From the NCBI GenBank assembly GCA_963807605.1, contig CAWECG010000003.1:480001-544000 (forward strand): 64,000 nucleotides of DNA. The letters run 5' to 3'. Below, one piece after another: positions 60,287 to 64,000 of the stretch. Numbering within the stretch: position 1 is the first letter of the stretch; each line of letters opens with the position of its first letter. Made by a program: the position numbers and the translations under genes. The notes beneath the pieces are model-generated. The model searched no databases and was not told where the DNA came from. It worked only from the letters and a program-made list of their open reading frames with translations. Origin of the DNA: Candidatus Bathyarchaeota archaeon (lineage in GTDB: Archaea > Thermoproteota > Bathyarchaeia > 40CM-2-53-6 > RBG-13-38-9).

Positions 60287-61057
60287 ATGAACAGAAGGAT
60301 CCTACTTGGAGTAATCCTAATCATAATAGGCATCGTAGGGTTAGTCGCATTCTCAACAGTACAATGGGCACCAACATACACAGGCCCAACACCTGCACCT
60401 TATCCAACATCGACCGCGCCTTTCCAAATAACTCCAACGCCGACCCCGGGACAATACCAACCTTACCCAGCAATTCCAAGGAATATAGATGAGGCAGCAC
60501 AGGTGGCGAAGAGCTGGGTAGCATCCTTAGGATACCCTGACTTAGCCGTCAAGGAGATCATGGAGTTCCAGTATAACTACTACTTCATCGTCTACGAGAA
60601 GAGCACAGGGATCGACGCCTTCGAAGGAATCATCGAGAAAGCAGTCGGCCTAAGCGGAATGGGCGGGATGATGGGAATAGTACATCCAGAGCAAGGGCCG
60701 AGCATGATGTGGAACACCAAGTACGGACAGATGGCCAGTTGGGGCCCGACGGGTGGTAGCTGGAATCAAGGCGGAGGAATGATGAGCCGTGGATGGGGCT
60801 ACCAACCATACAGTGGAGTGCCCACCGCCAATATGTCGGTTACAAAGACAGATGCAAAGCAACTAGCCCAAACCTACCTAGACTCGAACCTTCCAGGCAC
60901 CTCACTAGAAGAACCAGAAACCTTCTACGGATACTATACCCTGCATGTCCTCAAGGATGGCAATATATACGGAATGTTAAGCGTCAACGGCTACACCGGT
61001 CAGGTATGGTACCACACCTGGCACGGCGCCTTCATACAAGAGAAAGCTCTGACCTAA
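60287..61057 (+). CDS. Membrane-anchored hypothetical protein (Met/Gly-rich, PepSY-like)
   Basis: N-terminal TM; PEQGPSMMWNTKYG and GMLSVNGYTGQVWYHTWHG. Confidence 0.8.
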   Translation: MNRRILLGVILIIIGIVGLVAFSTVQWAPTYTGPTPAPYPTSTAPFQITPTPTPGQYQPYPAIPRNIDEAAQVAKSWVASLGYPDLAVKEIMEFQYNYYFIVYEKSTGIDAFEGIIEKAVGLSGMGGMMGIVHPEQGPSMMWNTKYGQMASWGPTGGSWNQGGGMMSRGWGYQPYSGVPTANMSVTKTDAKQLAQTYLDSNLPGTSLEEPETFYGYYTLHVLKDGNIYGMLSVNGYTGQVWYHTWHGAFIQEKALT

Positions 61058-61092
61058 GAAACGCCACACCTTCTTTACCACAAGGAGTCGGA

Positions 61093-61198
61093 CTGCCAGT
61101 GAATAACGTCAATACGGAACAGTTGCAGAAGTTCATGGAGACTGTGAAGAAAGATCCAAAGCAAGCGTTGAAGGAGAAGAATGTCACCGGGGAATGGG
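61093..61198 (+). pseudogene. 5' fragment of an OsmC-like gene
   Basis: AAGGAG SD, then (M)PVNNVNTEQLQKFMETVKKDPKQALKEKNVTGEW, cut at GCGCGCG. Confidence 0.6.
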
Positions 61199-61213
61199 GC
61201 GCGCGAACGTAAT

Positions 61214-61306
61214 TTGAATCAAAATCTTGTCATCGTGTTAGTTCTATTGATTGTAGTCAGTGGAGCCTTAGCAATACTCGGCTACTATGGTGTTAGAACC
61301 CCCTAA
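61214..61306 (+). CDS. Possible 30-aa single-TM peptide or gene fragment
   Basis: MNQNLVIVLVLLIVVSGALAILGYYGVRTP. Confidence 0.3.
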   Translation: MNQNLVIVLVLLIVVSGALAILGYYGVRTP

Positions 61307-61421
61307 GACAGAAGACCTAACACCTTCTCCAACCATAAGCCCCGACACCCAGTAATAAGGCCAAGAATCGGCAAAGCGAAATCTAGCGCGCTATTCTTTT
61401 TCTTTGCGTAATGCCTATATA

Positions 61422-61457
61422 ATATAGCCGACGTGCTATATAGCATGCCAGCTATAG
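61422..61457. promoter_or_regulatory. Tandem ArsR-type operators ATATAGC-N6-GCTATA(T/G) x2
   Basis: 61422-61441 and 61438-61457, overlapping the TATA region and the arsR start. Confidence 0.65.
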
Positions 61458-61783
61458 ATGAGATTAGTATAATTAATTTCAAGTCAACTGTATTCGAGGC
61501 ATTGGGCGATCCAAGTAGATTGAAAATACTGGACTTTTTGAGAGATGGCGAAAAATGTGCCTGCGATGTCGTTCCAACTGTTGGTTTCGCTCAACCAACT
61601 GTTTCCAGGCATTTGAAGGTTCTCATCGATTGCGGCATCCTCAAAAGGCGCAAGGAAGGAAACAAAATGCTCTACTCAGTCACATCTCCAAAAATCTATG
61701 ACGTAATAGACTTGGTAGATTCACGCTTTATCGATTCCCTCAGTAGAAACGTCATCGCCAGAATACGACAGGGGTGTCGATAG
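61445..61783 (+). CDS. arsR: ArsR family regulator with alpha3 CxC site
   Basis: ALGDPSRLKIL, GEKCACD and QPTVSRHL. Confidence 0.88.
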   Translation: MPAIDEISIINFKSTVFEALGDPSRLKILDFLRDGEKCACDVVPTVGFAQPTVSRHLKVLIDCGILKRRKEGNKMLYSVTSPKIYDVIDLVDSRFIDSLSRNVIARIRQGCR

Positions 61784-61787
61784 AGAA

Positions 61788-62189
61788 ATGGACAGTGACA
61801 GAATGGAGAGTAAGAACGATGGCTCAGGCGATAAGAAGGTTGGCTTCATATTCTGTGTCTGCACAGGCAAATGTCCAGGATTCAAAGACATGGACATGTG
61901 GGATTTCATAAACACAATTAGAGCAACCTATCCGGTTGAGTATGCATTCATTCATCCCATGCTTTGCGACGAGGATGGAGACCGATTCTTTCAGGACTTC
62001 TTACGAAAAGATAGGAGGTACTTCATAGCGGGATGTGCCCCCATAATGCAGAAGAAACTCTTTCGAGACGCGTTCGCAAGGGCTGGACTCGACATAAACC
62101 AAGACCTTGTCTCACTCGATGTTAGAAACATGACCACACAAAAAGCGCTTGAAACCGTGAAGAAAACTCTGGAAGAGGCGGCAGCTTGA
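61788..62189 (+). CDS. Stand-alone HdrA N-terminal-like Cys-rich protein
   Basis: VGFIFCVC...HPMLC...IAGCAP...FRDAFARAGLD...DVRN parallels HdrA IGVYVCHC...C...AACSP...FR...AGLN...NIRE. Confidence 0.7.
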   Translation: MDSDRMESKNDGSGDKKVGFIFCVCTGKCPGFKDMDMWDFINTIRATYPVEYAFIHPMLCDEDGDRFFQDFLRKDRRYFIAGCAPIMQKKLFRDAFARAGLDINQDLVSLDVRNMTTQKALETVKKTLEEAAA

Positions 62190-62470
62190 CCGAAGAAACA
62201 TACATGGGGGTACCACGAAATAAGATTCCATGGTGCCCGGCCATTAACAGCGAGAAATGTAATCTTTGTGACGGAGATCCACAGTGTCTCAAGTTCTGCC
62301 CGCATGGAGTGTTCGAATACGACAAAGAAAACAAGAAATTAACTGTCAAGAACCCGAATAATTGTGTCGTATTCTGCAGGGTCTGCTCCAAAGTGTGCTC
62401 TGCAGATGCATTGAGTTTCCCAAACAAAAAGGAAATCTTGGAGTTAATAAAAAACGTCAGAGCAAACTAA
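62186..62470 (+). CDS. 2x[4Fe-4S] ferredoxin
   Basis: CNLC....QCLKFCP and CVVFCRVCSKVC. Confidence 0.88.
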   Translation: MTEETYMGVPRNKIPWCPAINSEKCNLCDGDPQCLKFCPHGVFEYDKENKKLTVKNPNNCVVFCRVCSKVCSADALSFPNKKEILELIKNVRAN

Positions 62471-62852
62471 GCATATCATAATCCCATGCAGTGGCATAGG
62501 AAAGGCCCTGGGCACGATTGCGCGTAGAGCCACATACATGGTAACGGATCAGATGTTGCCAGCACAGACAGAAACTACATGTCTCCCATTATTGACAATC
62601 GAAGACAAAGAAGCAGTGGAGAAAGTAAGAGGAAACCCGTGCATAACGATAGACGGTTGTATAGCTCAATGCGCAAAGAAGAACGTGGAGTATCACAAAG
62701 GAAATCTGAAAACAGCCATAAACGTACTCGACGTTTTGAAGCAAAATCCAGGGTTGAAACCTGGTACAGTCCTTGACATCGGTCCAGACGGGGAAAAGCT
62801 CGCCAGCAGAATCTCGGAAAAAATAGTAAAAATCATCGGTGAGACAAGTTGA
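62454..62852 (+). CDS. DGC-domain (putative Zn-binding) protein 1; start appears to be ACG at 62454
   Basis: IIPCSGIG (upstream of the ORF-track ATG), TCLP and IDGCIAQCA. Confidence 0.8.
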   Translation, partial: TSEQTKHIIIPCSGIGKALGTIARRATYMVTDQMLPAQTETTCLPLLTIEDKEAVEKVRGNPCITIDGCIAQCAKKNVEYHKGNLKTAINVLDVLKQNPGLKPGTVLDIGPDGEKLASRISEKIVKIIGETS

Positions 62853-63259
62853 AAATCAATTCAAGGAAGATCGGGCTGATCTCCTGCAGCGGCGAAGACC
62901 TGCCCGAAGGTACGATCTCAAGAGTTGCCACAAGAAGGATTCTCGAACGGCGAGACGACACAGTAACAATATGTCTACCACTGTTTTTGGCAGGAGGGCA
63001 GGGAGAAAGGGATTTCGCCAAAGAAAATCCCTGTATAACCGTCGACGGATGCAAGAAGATGTGTGCCGCCGTAGGCGTAAAGAAGTATGGTGGAGTGACT
63101 CCGTGCTCTACGATAGTGATTTCGGATGTGGTGGAAACCTTTGAGTGTCCGAAACCAACGTCGAAAAGCAAAATCGTATCACAGGATGAAGAACTCGTTA
63201 GAAAGACTATGAATGTTATAGATGAAAAAATCAAGATTGTAAGGGAAGGCAAGAACTGA
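62849..63259 (+). CDS. DGC-domain protein 2
   Basis: ISCSG, ICLP and VDGCKKMCA. Confidence 0.85.
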   Translation: MKINSRKIGLISCSGEDLPEGTISRVATRRILERRDDTVTICLPLFLAGGQGERDFAKENPCITVDGCKKMCAAVGVKKYGGVTPCSTIVISDVVETFECPKPTSKSKIVSQDEELVRKTMNVIDEKIKIVREGKN

Positions 63260-63261
63260 AA

Positions 63262-63675
63262 TTGTCATCGGAAAAGAAAGTGGCAGTAGCCGTGTGCACC
63301 GGAATGGATCAGCCACTCGCGACCGTAGCCAGATACGCTGGATACCACGTCTTGGAAAAACTAAGACCCGACAAGACGGTGCTTCTTTGCACTCCAGCCC
63401 TTCTAGGAGGAGTACAGGAAGATGTGGACTTTGTCAAAAACAACCCTGTCTTGATCATAGATGGCTGCGATGAGAAATGTTGCGAAAAGATCGTCAGGAA
63501 CTCTGATGGAAGAATACGCGCCATGATAAACGTGAAAGATGTCTTGAAAGAACACGGAGAACTACAGCCTGAGTCAAGAGTCAAACTTGGACCAATGGGA
63601 ATGGAACTTGCAGAGATAGTGGGAGACATCGCTGCAAAGAAGGTGGACCAAATACTGGAGGACGAGAAAGCTTGA
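63262..63675 (+). CDS. DGC-domain protein 3
   Basis: AVCTG, LCTP and IDGCDEKCC. Confidence 0.85.
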   Translation: MSSEKKVAVAVCTGMDQPLATVARYAGYHVLEKLRPDKTVLLCTPALLGGVQEDVDFVKNNPVLIIDGCDEKCCEKIVRNSDGRIRAMINVKDVLKEHGELQPESRVKLGPMGMELAEIVGDIAAKKVDQILEDEKA

Positions 63676-64000
63676 ACGAGAAGAAAGTTGCCATAGTTGC
63701 CTGTACTGGAATGGGGAAAGCCCTCGGAACGGTAGCCCGACAGGTTGCATACAAGGTTTCAGATGAACTACAACCGGAAAAAACGGTTTTAATATGCATT
63801 CCATCGATGGCTGCCAACGTGGGAGAATACAGGAATCAAGTGAAGAATTACCCATCAATCATCCTAGATGGCTGTGTGGAAAGATGTGCTACAAAAATCA
63901 TATCTAACAATAATGGCATGATCAAAGGAAGATTTTTCCTCCCACAACTTGTGAAGAAATACGGGTTAAAACCAGGACCCAGAACAAACATTGGACCCGA
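63672..64000 (+). CDS. DGC-domain protein 4, 3'-partial
   Basis: TTG at 63672: NEKKVAIVACTGMG...ICIP...LDGCVERCA; open to the window end. Confidence 0.82.
   Translation, partial: MNEKKVAIVACTGMGKALGTVARQVAYKVSDELQPEKTVLICIPSMAANVGEYRNQVKNYPSIILDGCVERCATKIISNNNGMIKGRFFLPQLVKKYGLKPGPRTNIGP

Noticed and set aside
61445-62470. hgcAB mercury methylation locus (ArsR + ferredoxin)
   Set aside because: No HgcA cap-helix motif or corrinoid/TM protein, and the ferredoxin lacks the C-terminal Cys pair
403-63858. Numerous short antisense or overlapping ORFs in the track (e.g. 20720-21403, 39564-40193, 49178-49651, 50727-51317)
   Set aside because: They are shadows of well-supported genes on the opposite strand and carry no family motifs
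1-64000. CRISPR array, tRNA, rRNA, SRP or RNase P RNA
   Set aside because: No regularly spaced repeats or recognisable RNA-gene motifs were seen in any intergenic region by eye; a covariance-model search was not possible

Overview
Archaeal chromosomal window, most consistent with Bathyarchaeia (inference from the gene set: aIF6-L18a-prefoldin-FtsY, L35Ae, tandem thermosomes, methanopterin genes, PorABDG, LarBE). Core metabolic blocks: por and kor 2-oxoacid:ferredoxin oxidoreductases, aconitase, pdhABC with no E3, a HydABC/NuoEFG-like module with no catalytic subunit, nickel uptake and nickel-pincer genes, and a methanopterin cluster. Accessory DNA lies between them: an intact IS5 element, an IS6 remnant, a Fic/Doc module, a repeat-flanked methyltransferase and several gene fragments. 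Two signals stand out. (1) Intergenic (CG)n tracts sit at module junctions and coincide with the truncation points of four unrelated genes (a second nikR, a solo cas1, a third thermosome gene and an osmC-like gene); the same motif is the target of the resident IS5. (2) At the right end, an ArsR-led operon encodes a stand-alone HdrA N-terminal-like protein, a ferredoxin and at least four tandem DGC-domain paralogs. Several single-base frameshifts fall in short homopolymers and may be sequencing errors. No rRNA, tRNA or CRISPR array was recognised. All family assignments come from motif recognition by eye, not from database searches.
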